Positions 21,886 to 33,945 of a stretch of 64,000 bases of DNA are shown here, piece after piece. The notes under the pieces are model-generated. The model searched no databases, had not been told where the DNA came from, and saw nothing but the letters and a program-made list of their open reading frames with translations. This DNA comes from Albugo candida (lineage: Eukaryota). Made by a program: the position numbers and the translations under genes. The stretch spans positions 248,001 to 312,000 of the forward strand of contig JBDOQK010000011.1 in assembly GCA_040437565.1 (NCBI GenBank), given 5' to 3'. Numbering within the stretch: the stretch's first letter is position 1; every line of letters starts with the position of its first letter.

Positions 21886-24099
21886 ATGCAAAGTTCACCA
21901 TTTCCGGTTGCTCCATCCAAATTGGAGCAAGCATACAAAGCTATACGCGTGACTCCACCTGAACTTATGGACTTAGAGCAGTCCAAAAAATTGAAAGACT
22001 TTATGAGCAAACATTTTCCCACGGAAAATGGGGTCAATATAACTCGACGGTCGTTGATTCTGGCGGAATTACGTACGATATTTCGGGACTGGGTGAAACA
22101 AGTCTGCATTAAGAAAGGCGTTCCTGAAGAAATTGCTGCGGATGCAGGTGGACTGATTCTCGTATCTGGATCGTATCGTTTGGGTGTGAATGAACCTGGC
22201 GCCGATATCGATACTATCTGTGTGGTAAGGCATTATTATTATTTCGTGTAAACTTGATGGGTTTCTGATGTGTGAAATGTTAAGGCCCCACAACAAATTA
22301 CAAGAGAGGACTTTTTCACTTCGCTGAAAAAGATTTTTATGCAACACTCGAAAGTCACAAATCTAAATGCCATTGAAGGAGCAGTTGTGCCTCTACTTAC
22401 GTTTGATTACGAAGAAATCAATATCGATCTTCAGATTGCCATACTTCCTCGTAATACTATCCCGGAGGATTTGAATATCTTGAATGATCAAATACTCGTC
22501 GGAGTCGACGCGGCCACAGAAAAGAGCCTGAATGGACCACGAGTCACTGAATTAATGATCAAAGTATGTTTTCAGGGTCGATGTACAATTTCGCTTTCGA
22601 CGACTGATTTTTGCTGTATAGCTTACGCCAAATCGTGACAGCTTCATCAGTGTATTACGCATAGTACGTCGGTGGGCAAAGCGACGGGGCCTGTACTCAA
22701 ACAAAATGGGCTACCTGGGTGGGGTGAATTGGTGTATTCTGGTTTGTTTCATCAACCAATTGTATCCCACAGCGGCACCAACTACGTTACTCCTACGTTT
22801 CTTTATGGTGCTAGCGAATTGGAAGTGGCCACTAGCCATACAGGTAAGCGGACTGCTTAAGCATTTGTCAGAGTGCTCTCTAATTTTTATGTTCTACATA
22901 CAAAGCTATGCAAGACCGAAGATGTCAAACTTGGTTTGGAAGTATGGAACGCTAATGTGGGGAACAACCGATATCACGTTATGCCAATTCTCACACCAGC
23001 ATATCCATCTATGAACTCGTCCTTCAATGTGTCGACGCATAGTTTAGCTGTTATGAAACAAGAATTTGAAAGAGCCTTAAAGATTGTACAAGAAATTTTG
23101 AACCGAGGAGCCGTAGACTGGGACCCACTGTTTGAATCTTCAGACTTTTTTGCAGTACAACAACATTACCTTGCCGTGGACGTCTATACAACGAACAGAG
23201 AAGATGAACAAGCATGGTGTGGCTTTTGTGAGTCCAGAATCCGTAAACTTATTGAAAGTCTGGCCTATATACCCATGCTTTGCCACCTGCGGGCATTTCC
23301 CAAGCGATTCCCACTCAGCTTTGCTGATGAAGACCACGATGAAAATATAGAGACTCCAACGGATCGAAAGAATGATGTAAAGGAAACTTCCAAGTATGGT
23401 GCCTGTTTTTATGTAGGATTCGATATCGATAGACGCCAATTGCGTAGCCGAGAGGTCAGTATCGATAGCTCCGTCGATTATTTCAAGCACAATGATTTAT
23501 ATCGATGGAATAAGCGGTCGGAATCCATGGATGTAAGAATCACTCCTGTCTTGTGGAAAAACCTCCCGGAATATGTTTTTGAGGAGATGGGAGGCCGAGT
23601 AGTCGCCAAGTCCATTCGCAGAGAGTATCTCAAACGCAAAAAGGAAGAAGAAAGAGCAGCCGAGGAAGTGCTAGCAGCTAGTAAGACTTCTACTGACGAT
23701 GACACCATAATCTTAGGGAACAATTCGGTTGGCGTGGAAGTAGTAGCCCCCAGTGATGGACCAGCATCGGGTAAAGACCCGTCAAAATCAATTGGAACGG
23801 AAAATCCAGCAGAAAAACAGATCGTAGTCACAGAGAAGCGTCTGTACGACGAAGTAGCCGCACCCAAAGCAGCAGGAGTATCCAGTCCAAGAGGTCATGT
23901 TCCTTCTTCTGCTGGATCGGATTCATCAATCAAAGAGTATCATTTGGGCTCACAAGACGATCAGACTGTATTGGATTCAACATTATCGCCCATGAGATTA
24001 GGGAAACAACAGGATCTTCTTAGTCAGAAAAAGCCTCCTTCCATCGCTTCCCCTCGAAAACGACGTAAAATGAAAATAACTTTTGCCAAACTGAATTGA
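21886..24099 (+). CDS. PAP1: Canonical poly(A) polymerase; 3 introns
   Basis: GSYRLGV..PGADIDT, SLNGPRVT, WAKRRGLYSNKMGYLGG, MPILTPAYPSMNS; introns 22225-22284, 22564-22621, ~22844-22905. Confidence 0.95.
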
Positions 24100-24327
24100 G
24101 AGCAGAAAAAAATGACGCAAAAAAATGAAAAAAAAAGAGGAATAGTGAAAATCGTCGAAAAAGAATGAAAGGAAGCAAAAGCTAGTTGAAATAGCATAGT
24201 GACCCATTTTTCGTTCTAGTCGTGAGAACAGGTAAGCGAGGTAGAGCGAGAAATTGGTCCATGAAATCTATGCTGTTGTGAGGCTAGGGAGAGAAAAGAA
24301 GATTGGCGTGAAAGTCGCAAACTTGGA

Positions 24328-27300
24328 TTACCGGATAAACGAAAAAAATGAAAGCAATTCTTGCCAAAAAGTCAATGCCTGGGAAAGATCGGGAATTGAG
24401 TCGAGATTCTCCATCTTGAATCCTTCAGGAGAGTTCACGCAATGTAATACTTGTTTCCACTGTCGCAGCCATAAATTGATTGTGCTGGGTCCTTCCAGAT
24501 ATATTAGTAATTGATAGAATGCAACAGGGTGCACTTGTTGAGCATAGTTAATCAAAGATACTGAGTTTGCACCATCGGGGAAATCTCGGGTAGCTGGAAG
24601 AAGCCTGTGTTTCCATTGTGCTCGCAAGCCAGTTTCGACAGCAATTTCCAGCCTAGCGGCATAGTTTTGAGTGCTACGATTCCCTTCTTTTGCGAGAAGC
24701 TTGATATTTGATGCAAACGTTTTCAAGTTGAATAGGTCGTCGAGCGTTATGTTCAACGCACAATGCAGTTGCCCCAAAGTCGCTGCAGCTTGTAGACAAA
24801 CAACTCCAAGTTGTTTAGAGCCCGTGCACATTACAGAGGCATCTGTCAATAAGCTCAACCCATCTTCTTTCCACCAATGCTCAGCGCTAGATAATACACC
24901 GGATGCCTTGAGATGCATATTTCTTGCTGATTTCTCCATCAAATCTCCGGCCGAGTGGCACCACGACGTGTACATGTCCGAGATGCAAGTATCTGTATCA
25001 GTAGAGCCTTGCTTCCAAAAATCTGCAGTAACGCGATGTCGCTTCTTTAAAGCAATCAATCTTCTCGTATGAATCAACTGTATCCGAGTCTGATTCATGT
25101 CGTGTGATTTATTCAAAGCCAAAGGATCCAGGCATTTCTTGAAATTTCGCGGTATCATAATGTCGATCGGATAATACTCTTTCGACGAAATTTTGATTGT
25201 TCGGATTCGTTCCAGTTCAGGTAGAATGCATGGACTCTGATATTCGTGCCACACGTCGTGTTTCGATTTTCTTAATGCGCGAATTGTGGTCTCCTCCATG
25301 TCCCGAAGTTGTATGCTCATGCTTACGGATCTCGACACGCAGTCATCAACGCTTATTGTTTGTGTAAATCGATCATTGTCGGCAGCAAGCACATACAAAT
25401 GTCGAAAAGACTGCAAGTGACATTTATTGTCGGCCGTGTTAACCGGATAGATTGGATACAAGGCAATGACAAGTGCGGCAATGGCTGCATTGCTTCTTGA
25501 TACTGTTGTTTTCCCTCCGCCTAAGAATAAGAGCCCAATACTCATACTTAAAGCCATATGATTGCCATACGTCAACCCTGCGTTCACGTGCTGCCGCAAA
25601 TTGAGTGATCGAAATAAACGCAATGACTCGATATTTCCTGTTCCGGCATCGACCAGTGCCAAAGATTGAACGCACACTACCAGGCATCGCTCTATTGTCC
25701 CCTTGTCGGTAAAGACCACTTCAATTTTATCCGACGATCCATGCCGCATTGCTCGGAAATGGTTGGTGAAGCGCATGAGCACAGATCGTGCAGTGCTTTC
25801 ACTCGTACCAGCATATCTCAACCCGATACTCATACACGCACCGGCGATAATATTGGCGTACGCCACAGTCACAAGTTGGGCATCCTCTATAATCATTTTT
25901 GAATTGCTTGAGCCGGGTTCGTGTTCTGCTCCACTTACTTGCAAGTATGCTGCACGCAATTGCTGGGGAACATTGTGATGTAAAATCCAATTCTCGGTCG
26001 CTTCTACATCGTTCCATAGAATAAGATTTTTTCCAATCGTTCGAATCATCAAAATATCGGGCCGAACGCACTCCAAAAGTTTCAAGGTGTTGGGCAACGC
26101 CAATTTCTGTGCAATTGATACGTTCGATGTCTTCATGTACATAAACGCCAAAGCGAATACGCTTCCGGGAGCTGTAACGTCGATGTTTATAAGTTCAGCG
26201 CTTTTACGCCCAGAACTGCTTTGCTCACTCTTGAACCTTTTTTTACCGAAAGCATTCAATCCATTTAGTTGCAGTGGAGTCGATTTTCTGCCACGATACA
26301 GACAGCCACTTATGGAACCCTGGGGATCTACATCGGAAGTTGGGGCTTCCAGTGTGCCTCCGACAATGCATTGATATAAATTCTCTTCCACATGAAGATC
26401 CATCAGTCCATGATCACTGGTGGTCGTTTGTCCTCTTCCAAGTAATACAAGACCAAGAGCGAAGCCTGCAGCAAGGGAATACCCTTCCAATTGCTCGAAA
26501 CATGCCGCTGTCATTCCTGTGTTGTTCAAATGACTGGCTGAGAACTGGGGTGAACAAGGAGATCGTTTGATCTCCGAAAGAAGAGTCTCAGTCATAAGTC
26601 GCTGACCTGTACCCTGATACAGAATCCCGAGACCCAATAGCGCTGCAATGCGAGTGGACAATGGAGTCGAAAACTCACCGTATGATGACGGAAGAAGGGC
26701 GGGAATATGGAGACAAAGTAGTTTCGAAACAGAACGATCGAATGTGAGTTCTAAACCTGTTCCAACGCCAGCAACGATCAAGTGTTTCTTCCCTGCGGAT
26801 TGATCATTGCCATATGTTGTATTCGCCACGTTGACATCAGATGTCATCAAACTCGACTCTTCTTCACCGTGTGTGTGATTTTCTTGTCCTAGTAGATATT
26901 CTTCAGCGTCAAAGTCGTACTCACTCAAACGTGAGATATCCTGCGACTCCTCTAGTCTTTTTGCAAGTTGTCCTCGCTCTCCATTTTTCAGATGCCGCAT
27001 TCTGCGAGTATTTGCTGCGGTGATAGCCATTCCCAACAGAATACTCACCGATAAATGTTCGTTTGAAAGTGATAAGTAATTGTAGACGTCCGCCATGGAG
27101 AGACATTGCAAGTGCCCTTGAAGTCCAAGACCTAATAAAAACCCAGCATGTGACGCGTAGGCCTCATTGATGTCTGGCGTATGTTGATGGCCATTTCGAT
27201 TCGAGTTCTGGTAGTTACTTGTACGACTCGCCGATGAGGTACTTGTGGATGTTTGATAATCTTCCGGTCGTGGTCGATGAAATCGAATCCAGTATCTATT

Positions 27301-30300
27301 AATGAAACCGAGCTTGTCATCTGATGGTAGCCTCAGTCCTGTAGCACAGCCGTTATGATATTGAGGCCAATACGTAAGCTCTTTTGCGTAGGAAGACACA
27401 TCCAACAAAACCACAGTGTTTCTTGGTGGGACTCGTCCAGCAAGTGGTAGGTCTGGTACTTTGAGCTGCCACGCGATTGTTGTATCGTCTTGTCTGCTAA
27501 GTGTTTTGGAGATGTCACCGGAAGCGGAAGATGGTGGATAGTATGTGCCATAGGTGACCATACCACGTGCAACTGACAAGGCCATCGAACGCTTGCACAT
27601 CGACAGCAATCGTGATTGCTGCTCGACTCTGAAATCTTCCTCTGAGCTATCATCAGATTTTTCAATTTTGAGGTTGACTGGGGCACTAGAACGCAATAGC
27701 CGTCTAACCTCTTTCAGCCTTCGATCCGCGGGAAATAAAACTTGACATTGTTCCATCACCAGATCCAAACCATCGTCCTCACATTTGATATCATCTCTGA
27801 CTTCACTGCTGCTTGAAGTCCCGCTATCTTTCTGTGTATATGTGGCCGTATCAATTATGTTTCGAAAATTGAGATCGGGCAATAGAGTCAAATCGTTGCG
27901 ATCAAGAAACATACAGATCTTCTCGCTCAGATATGGTGGCGGGCAATCTTGCATCCGGGACATTGCTATCAAAAATGGGCATGTGATTCCAAAAGGAAGT
28001 TCCTGTAGATCTAGTTGTGCGCCGATCTTATCTTCTGACAGGAATACAAGGATACGTAGCAAAGATTCTTTCTCAATCAACCCTTCTGTCGCTGAATCGG
28101 TAAGTCTCATCGTGTCAAACATCCAGACTAAGCTTTCAGATCGCCATAAGGGTGATTTTCTGTGTGCGCGAGATCGATCCCTATCGAGCTTTTTTGCTAA
28201 AATCGGAAATCGATATGGTTGGAAAGATGCGAATTCTTTTTGATTTGCATGGAGCCATGACAGCAAATCCGGAGGGATTGTGACATGCGCTGATTGATTA
28301 TTGTTCTCGGCGATTTGACCTATGCTACCCGAATGAAACGGATGCACCTTTTCTTGTGGTCGAGAATACCTTCTTCGCGCAATTTTTGTTCCCGAATATG
28401 GTCGAGTTGTCTGATAATACTGCTCGTAATCGAGGAGGTCAAGTTGTACGGCAAGACTTTCAAGTATTTGTGACAGCGATTGACGATCTGACAAAGAGGT
28501 TTGACTGATTCGAAGTCGCAAGTCTTCATGCAAGAGATGCAAGCTTTCGAAGACCAGCAGCACGATAGACTGGTTCCAAAAGGATTGTTGTGAGAAAGCT
28601 TGGCAAAACGGTTCATTCTCATTATTCGTATCTGACTGATCAGCTGAAAAGTTATCTTGGTCGTTCGATAATTCACTCGAAAATAAGAAAGGATTCTGAG
28701 ACTGATAGTCGAAATGAAAATCTGACTTGCACATTCTTTTGAAAGCAGAATTATGCTTCGCAAATTCGCTCCTTGTAGACACCTGATTCTGTCCGGTTGA
28801 TATAGCAGATGTCTGAAACGCAACCTTCGCCATTTCTCTCAAGTATGTGGTAAATTCCCAACACTCAATCTCATTTGATCCACAAAAATGATTCTGCTCA
28901 TATTTTCTGCTACTTGCTTCTAATATACCGGCTTTCATGCATAATACGACTGCTGAAGGAAGACAGTATTCCAAGACGTCCCATAGTAATATCCAGAGAG
29001 ACGAAAAACCAGTGTGTGCCTCCGAATCCAGTGGATGCATGATTTGAAGCTGCTTTTGTTGACTGGCGTCGTTTCTAGACTGTGTGACAGCTTCAAACGA
29101 GTTACGAAAAGAAGGAAATATATCCGAGATACTGGCTTCATGAGAAATCTCACAGATGGGTGTGGCAATGTGATATAGATATAAACGGCCATTCTCAGAC
29201 AGGACGATCAGATCTTGAGAAGCCGAACCAGCTTCATTTCGAGAAATTGGGACAGCTTTGATGCATTTGAGTGTAATTGATGCATCTTTGATGGAGACAT
29301 GTTGCTGATTGACATGAAAGGTCTGAATACACAGTTGTGCGCTTGCAGGATCGAACAGATATAGAACAAACACGTTGTCACCATGCGCTGTTTCAATGGT
29401 GTGGATTGTAGTCATTTCCGCAATGCTTCGATCATTGCGCTCACACGGGATGTGCAATATTGGCACTGCCATAAGTTGATACTGCTCATTTTGAGCTGAC
29501 ATTATCCCAATGCGATCGTCAGCTTGAGATCTGAAAGAGTGTGGCACGCGATGTTTGCAACCAAGGGTCAATTTATGCACCTTGATATGGCTGTCTTTTT
29601 CATCGTAACTGATCAATAAAGTGAATTTGATGGTGCCTTTGCTGACAGAAATACAGTCCATAACTTGACCAACCGTGTAATCTAAAGAAGAGCAGCTTTG
29701 TCCTAGCACGCTATCGCAGAGTATTGGGTGGGGATCCTGCAGTGGATGGTATAAAGCATACAGTCTAGCGTCGACCGGCTTTGAAGCCTGAGTAAAAGCA
29801 TGCGGTAGATTAGGCTCCCTATCTCGTTCAATTAGCAAACCATCAATACGTTTTGGCTTTGTTTCAGCATTATCGCTGGATCGAAACAAAGTGAATGGGA
29901 ACACACGCCCAATAGAGAATTTAAAATAGACGTCGTAAACGTCTCCAACTGAGGAGCATAGCTGAATTCGATTGCGTGCAAGTGCCATGCAGACGAATAA
30001 AGTTCGATTGGACTGATTGTACTTGTCATCTCTGGTTCGATCTTTTTCAGTAATCGTGGTTCTAGAGGACTTCTTATCGAAAACGAGTACATCTGGATGA
30101 TGCTGTAGTGATTGGAGGTCAAAAGCTGCCAAAACAGCATCACATACACGCTCTTTAAAGCTGTACCTTGCGAACCTCCACGCCTCAAGAACACCAATAC
30201 CGTCATTCCCACATTCGCTATCAGTCACAGCGCTTGCATGCTGTACTACCACATCATTTTGACAAATTGTTAGCATTAATGTATGGAGGGAAGGCCGTTC

Positions 30301-30453
30301 GGATTTAGAAAATGAAGACTGATTTCTGGCAATGGTGGGATCTAAAATGCCATTAGCCTGTACTTTATATTTGATTGAATAATACCGTACACGATCATTG
30401 TTCACAATTGGTTTCGTTCCGACGCAAATGGCCGGAAGCACTGGTAGCGGCAT
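24328..30453 (-). CDS. APC1: Anaphase-promoting complex subunit 1
   Basis: 2041-aa ORF with WPQYHNGCATGL, HAGFLLGLGLQGHL, PC repeats, INIDVTAPG, YGNHMALSMSIGLLFLGGG, DNKCHLQSFRHLYVLA. Confidence 0.95.
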   Translation of the reverse strand: MPLPVLPAICVGTKPIVNNDRVRYYSIKYKVQANGILDPTIARNQSSFSKSERPSLHTLMLTICQNDVVVQHASAVTDSECGNDGIGVLEAWRFARYSFKERVCDAVLAAFDLQSLQHHPDVLVFDKKSSRTTITEKDRTRDDKYNQSNRTLFVCMALARNRIQLCSSVGDVYDVYFKFSIGRVFPFTLFRSSDNAETKPKRIDGLLIERDREPNLPHAFTQASKPVDARLYALYHPLQDPHPILCDSVLGQSCSSLDYTVGQVMDCISVSKGTIKFTLLISYDEKDSHIKVHKLTLGCKHRVPHSFRSQADDRIGIMSAQNEQYQLMAVPILHIPCERNDRSIAEMTTIHTIETAHGDNVFVLYLFDPASAQLCIQTFHVNQQHVSIKDASITLKCIKAVPISRNEAGSASQDLIVLSENGRLYLYHIATPICEISHEASISDIFPSFRNSFEAVTQSRNDASQQKQLQIMHPLDSEAHTGFSSLWILLWDVLEYCLPSAVVLCMKAGILEASSRKYEQNHFCGSNEIECWEFTTYLREMAKVAFQTSAISTGQNQVSTRSEFAKHNSAFKRMCKSDFHFDYQSQNPFLFSSELSNDQDNFSADQSDTNNENEPFCQAFSQQSFWNQSIVLLVFESLHLLHEDLRLRISQTSLSDRQSLSQILESLAVQLDLLDYEQYYQTTRPYSGTKIARRRYSRPQEKVHPFHSGSIGQIAENNNQSAHVTIPPDLLSWLHANQKEFASFQPYRFPILAKKLDRDRSRAHRKSPLWRSESLVWMFDTMRLTDSATEGLIEKESLLRILVFLSEDKIGAQLDLQELPFGITCPFLIAMSRMQDCPPPYLSEKICMFLDRNDLTLLPDLNFRNIIDTATYTQKDSGTSSSSEVRDDIKCEDDGLDLVMEQCQVLFPADRRLKEVRRLLRSSAPVNLKIEKSDDSSEEDFRVEQQSRLLSMCKRSMALSVARGMVTYGTYYPPSSASGDISKTLSRQDDTTIAWQLKVPDLPLAGRVPPRNTVVLLDVSSYAKELTYWPQYHNGCATGLRLPSDDKLGFINRYWIRFHRPRPEDYQTSTSTSSASRTSNYQNSNRNGHQHTPDINEAYASHAGFLLGLGLQGHLQCLSMADVYNYLSLSNEHLSVSILLGMAITAANTRRMRHLKNGERGQLAKRLEESQDISRLSEYDFDAEEYLLGQENHTHGEEESSLMTSDVNVANTTYGNDQSAGKKHLIVAGVGTGLELTFDRSVSKLLCLHIPALLPSSYGEFSTPLSTRIAALLGLGILYQGTGQRLMTETLLSEIKRSPCSPQFSASHLNNTGMTAACFEQLEGYSLAAGFALGLVLLGRGQTTTSDHGLMDLHVEENLYQCIVGGTLEAPTSDVDPQGSISGCLYRGRKSTPLQLNGLNAFGKKRFKSEQSSSGRKSAELINIDVTAPGSVFALAFMYMKTSNVSIAQKLALPNTLKLLECVRPDILMIRTIGKNLILWNDVEATENWILHHNVPQQLRAAYLQVSGAEHEPGSSNSKMIIEDAQLVTVAYANIIAGACMSIGLRYAGTSESTARSVLMRFTNHFRAMRHGSSDKIEVVFTDKGTIERCLVVCVQSLALVDAGTGNIESLRLFRSLNLRQHVNAGLTYGNHMALSMSIGLLFLGGGKTTVSRSNAAIAALVIALYPIYPVNTADNKCHLQSFRHLYVLAADNDRFTQTISVDDCVSRSVSMSIQLRDMEETTIRALRKSKHDVWHEYQSPCILPELERIRTIKISSKEYYPIDIMIPRNFKKCLDPLALNKSHDMNQTRIQLIHTRRLIALKKRHRVTADFWKQGSTDTDTCISDMYTSWCHSAGDLMEKSARNMHLKASGVLSSAEHWWKEDGLSLLTDASVMCTGSKQLGVVCLQAAATLGQLHCALNITLDDLFNLKTFASNIKLLAKEGNRSTQNYAARLEIAVETGLRAQWKHRLLPATRDFPDGANSVSLINYAQQVHPVAFYQLLIYLEGPSTINLWLRQWKQVLHCVNSPEGFKMENLDSIPDLSQALTFWQELLSFFSFIR

Positions 30454-30514
30454 TTTGCCTAGTCATCGAAATTAATGTGACCTTGATTGAAATTAAGGAT
30501 TTGCCAAAATGTCT

Positions 30515-33500
30515 CTATTTACAGATAGTGTGCAATGGTACNNNNNNNNNNNNNNNNNNNNNNNNNNNNNNNNNNNNNNNNNNNNNNNNNNNNNNNNNNN
30601 NNNNNNNNNNNNNNNNNNNNNNNNNNNNNNNNNNNNNNNNNATAGTGTGCAATGGTACACAATGAATATCTGCTACGTAATGAAAGATCCTGGGCGCATA
30701 TGATTTGACTTTCTCAACATGTGGACATGTGATAATCCAACTTCTACCGTTTTCTTCGGCTAGCGTTCGTATAGAATTCTTGACATGCTCAATCCAAGCC
30801 TTCAACTCCTGCTTTGGAACATTTTCGTGCACATGAAGCCAGCCGCCAGAAGGTTTAAGCACTTGTATCGCTAGAGGCCAAGCTTTCTCACTTTTTGGAA
30901 GAAGCCCAAGATTGACACGATCCGAAATCGGACCAATTTCACGTGCAGAAACTTGATTGTCCCCTTCGTATACCTTACAGCGGTCTGAAACGCGATTTCT
31001 CCGCAGATTGTATCGTAGAGCAATGATTGCATCAGGGTTCCAGTCGCAGGCATGCACCATTGATGCCCCACCATGAACCAGAAATGGAAGCACATAATAT
31101 CCAATACCGCAAAAGAGATCGACAATGACCTCATTTTTGCAACTGATGCCAGCCATTCGTGCTTTCTCGGTGACGTTGCCAGAGGAAAACATCGTTTTAG
31201 TGATATCGAATCCATACACAATGCCATTTTCTCGTACTTCTAACCAACCATGTGATTCCGTCGTGCTTAGAACATTATTTACTTCCAACTCCATCGAATG
31301 TTGCCTTCTTCGATCTTGATCAACATATAATAAAGTAACATGACTCTGACGCATCTCACCAATATCAATCCTTGCTTTACGCGCTACTCTAGTCAAGCAC
31401 GGCACGACTTGTTCACAGATGGATGCCCACATTTCCTGTGCGAAACTTCCCCAGACTTCTTCATCAGCACAGCATGTAGGAGTCAGCAGTAGTACATCTC
31501 CCAGATATTCGAAGCCCTCCGATATGGACTTGAATATCTCGCTTTCCGAAACGCCATGGGATTGTGCATATCTCGTGATAATCGTTCGAATTCTCTCATC
31601 TCTTGTTATCCCGCCTGACTTTCCACACTTATTCCTCGAAGCATTTGAATCTTCACTAATGTCGGCAGATGATACACAATGGGCGAGTTCCTCGTATGTC
31701 GCGAGAGCAATGTGTATATCACTCGTAACCGGAAGTAAAAAAGTACTCTCTTCCGTCGAAACTTCTTTTCGGGCGACTTCATGCACTCGTCGAGTCTTAT
31801 CATACACATGAAGTTTTTCTAGCAATGTCTTTATACATTTTACTCGCCGTCTTGTAGTTACGACACCCAGCGATCCTGAAGAAAGTTTTGGAAGTTGTTG
31901 CACAACACTTGTGGTTGCTATAGAGTTGGGTGGTTCCAACTCACAACAGAAGCTCGATGCGTAATGGTGAGCAAAACCGAAACACTGGAACCCTCCTCCT
32001 GTGATGTATGTCGTGTTGTAGGGATGCGGAGCCCACGTGGATGCTGAGTGAACCAACGTGGTACTGTCATATTCGCACACTATGCGTGCAGGTTCCCAAC
32101 AAAGTTCGCTAGTGTTCAATACAAAATGTGGTTCTTTAGCGAGTGATGCTCTGGATAAGGATGCAGAGGTACCGCCAATAATCAAGATCAAATCAGACTC
32201 ATTACCCAGTGTCGAGATCGTCCCACCAAATCGGATTGACTGCGGCCCAAATTGTGCGTTGCCTATAGTTCTTTCTTGCCATATTTCCGTTTCAAGGTCG
32301 AACTGGTAACAAATATTTGCATTCCCACGTGATACCTCATTTCCTGACAATGTTGCTAGCCCGCCCCAGAATAATAGCTTCTTTTGCGTCGGAACGTACA
32401 CACCAACATGATCAAAAGCTGCATATATTGCCTCGGATGATACAAGACGCCAGGCAAGCTTGTCCTTTGGAGCTGAAAGGTCGAGGACCCACAAATCATG
32501 AAAGACAGTACTGCTGTCTCTACCCCCATGTATGTATAATCTAGAGCCTGCAATGCACGCAACGTGATTCCACCTTGCTGCAGGTGTTGTTGATGATACG
32601 ACGTCTCCAGAACAACCTATTTGATTCCATGAAAATGTGGTCAGGTCGAGTGCTAGAGTATCGTTATATGCTCTGCTTGGGCCAGCACGACCACCAAAGA
32701 CGATCATTTGTTCTGATGTCGCATCGATAGACGAGGAGTGATAAGTTCGAGCCCTCACAATATCGCTGTTTACAGTGTTTTGTGCAATGATAATCGGCTG
32801 ACTCTTGTCAATATCCGATAATTTTAGAAGCTGTATACTCGACAAACGCTTCACAATGTTGTTTTCCGTATAACCTTCACCACCGAACACTATTAGATGA
32901 TCTCGATAATAGACTAACGTATGGCCAACTCGTCTTATCGACGAGGAGACATCGACCATAGGGCGTATGGAGAGAAAGTCTTGAAGTGATTCTGAAGGAC
33001 ACCACACATCCTGCCCAAATTGCTGTCTGAAAGTAATTTTAAGCTGTCGAACTCTTTCTTCGTTGCGTCGGAACCTATCGTTGGCAACCTCAACAAGCCA
33101 GGAAAGGTAGCTCTCGTCAACAAGAATGTTGCTTGATTTTGTAAGCGGTACTTCTAACGTGTTCGATGTGCTCCGTATAGCACACATAATTTTGTTTCTG
33201 TTGCCTGCGCGAATGAACACATCAGTAAAGTCTCATCAAAGCAATACAATCACTAATCACAAACTTATAGTGATTCCGGATTCTGTGAAGCCACAAGCAA
33301 TTCCCCATTGAGTAAGCTTTTTTGCCGCCTCGATGGTTCGACAAATTGCGTGTAATATAAATGGTTCATGTTTGAATAAAATCTACTCAGCTCAATTAGT
33401 ATATTCTCACAATTGTGAGCTTCTCAAAGCTCTGTCTCACCATTTTACATTCTGCATTATCGATCTCATTACCCAGTGTTGCCTTCAATTGATCCAATGT

Positions 33501-33814
33501 GACAATATTGTGTTCGACGAGGAGCCATTGCCCACCTTTGGAAATAAGATTGCTTGTCGATGAACTTCCGTTTTCCGGTCTAGACGTGCTCATGAATATA
33601 GCGATTCGTCCAGAGCAAGAGCTGCTAGTAACCTGGGCAAAATGTTCTTGATAATGAAGGCCATTAATGGTTTAGGAGAACGTACATAGTCGGGATTTTG
33701 GTTTACACTATCTATCAAGTCCACAATGGGAGCATCAATACTTCCTTTCGGGCTTTTATCCCGCGCTAGTGCAAGCTTTTGTAGAATTTCACGTCTCCAC
33801 TGGTTAAATAGCAT
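30515..33814 (-). CDS. TYW2/3/4: tRNA wybutosine-synthesis fusion protein TYW3-Kelch-TYW2; 3 introns
   Basis: TYW3 motifs DKSPKGSIDAPI, VTSSSCSGRI, FKHEPFILH, GFTESG, AIRST; Kelch repeats (VFGG, IHGG); TYW2 motifs MFSSGNVTEKAR, DLFCGIGYY, DRVNLGLLP, VKSYAP. Confidence 0.93.
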
Positions 33815-33945
33815 ATGATCCAGCCGGAAAAACACACCTCAAATAGTGTACACGACAATGACGCAGACTTTCTCACTTTCATTTCTTTATTCTCATTACT
33901 AGCAAACAATCGAAAAATACAAGAATGTTACGCGGAAGTCGACCG

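Noticed and set aside
24671-32562. Many 60-170 aa antisense or alternative-frame ORFs inside long genes
   Set aside because: Shadow ORFs of real coding sequences.
33383-33410. Ultra-short 28-nt intron in the TYW gene
   Set aside because: An upstream ATG|GTGAGA donor at 33440 gives a typical 58-nt intron in the same phase.
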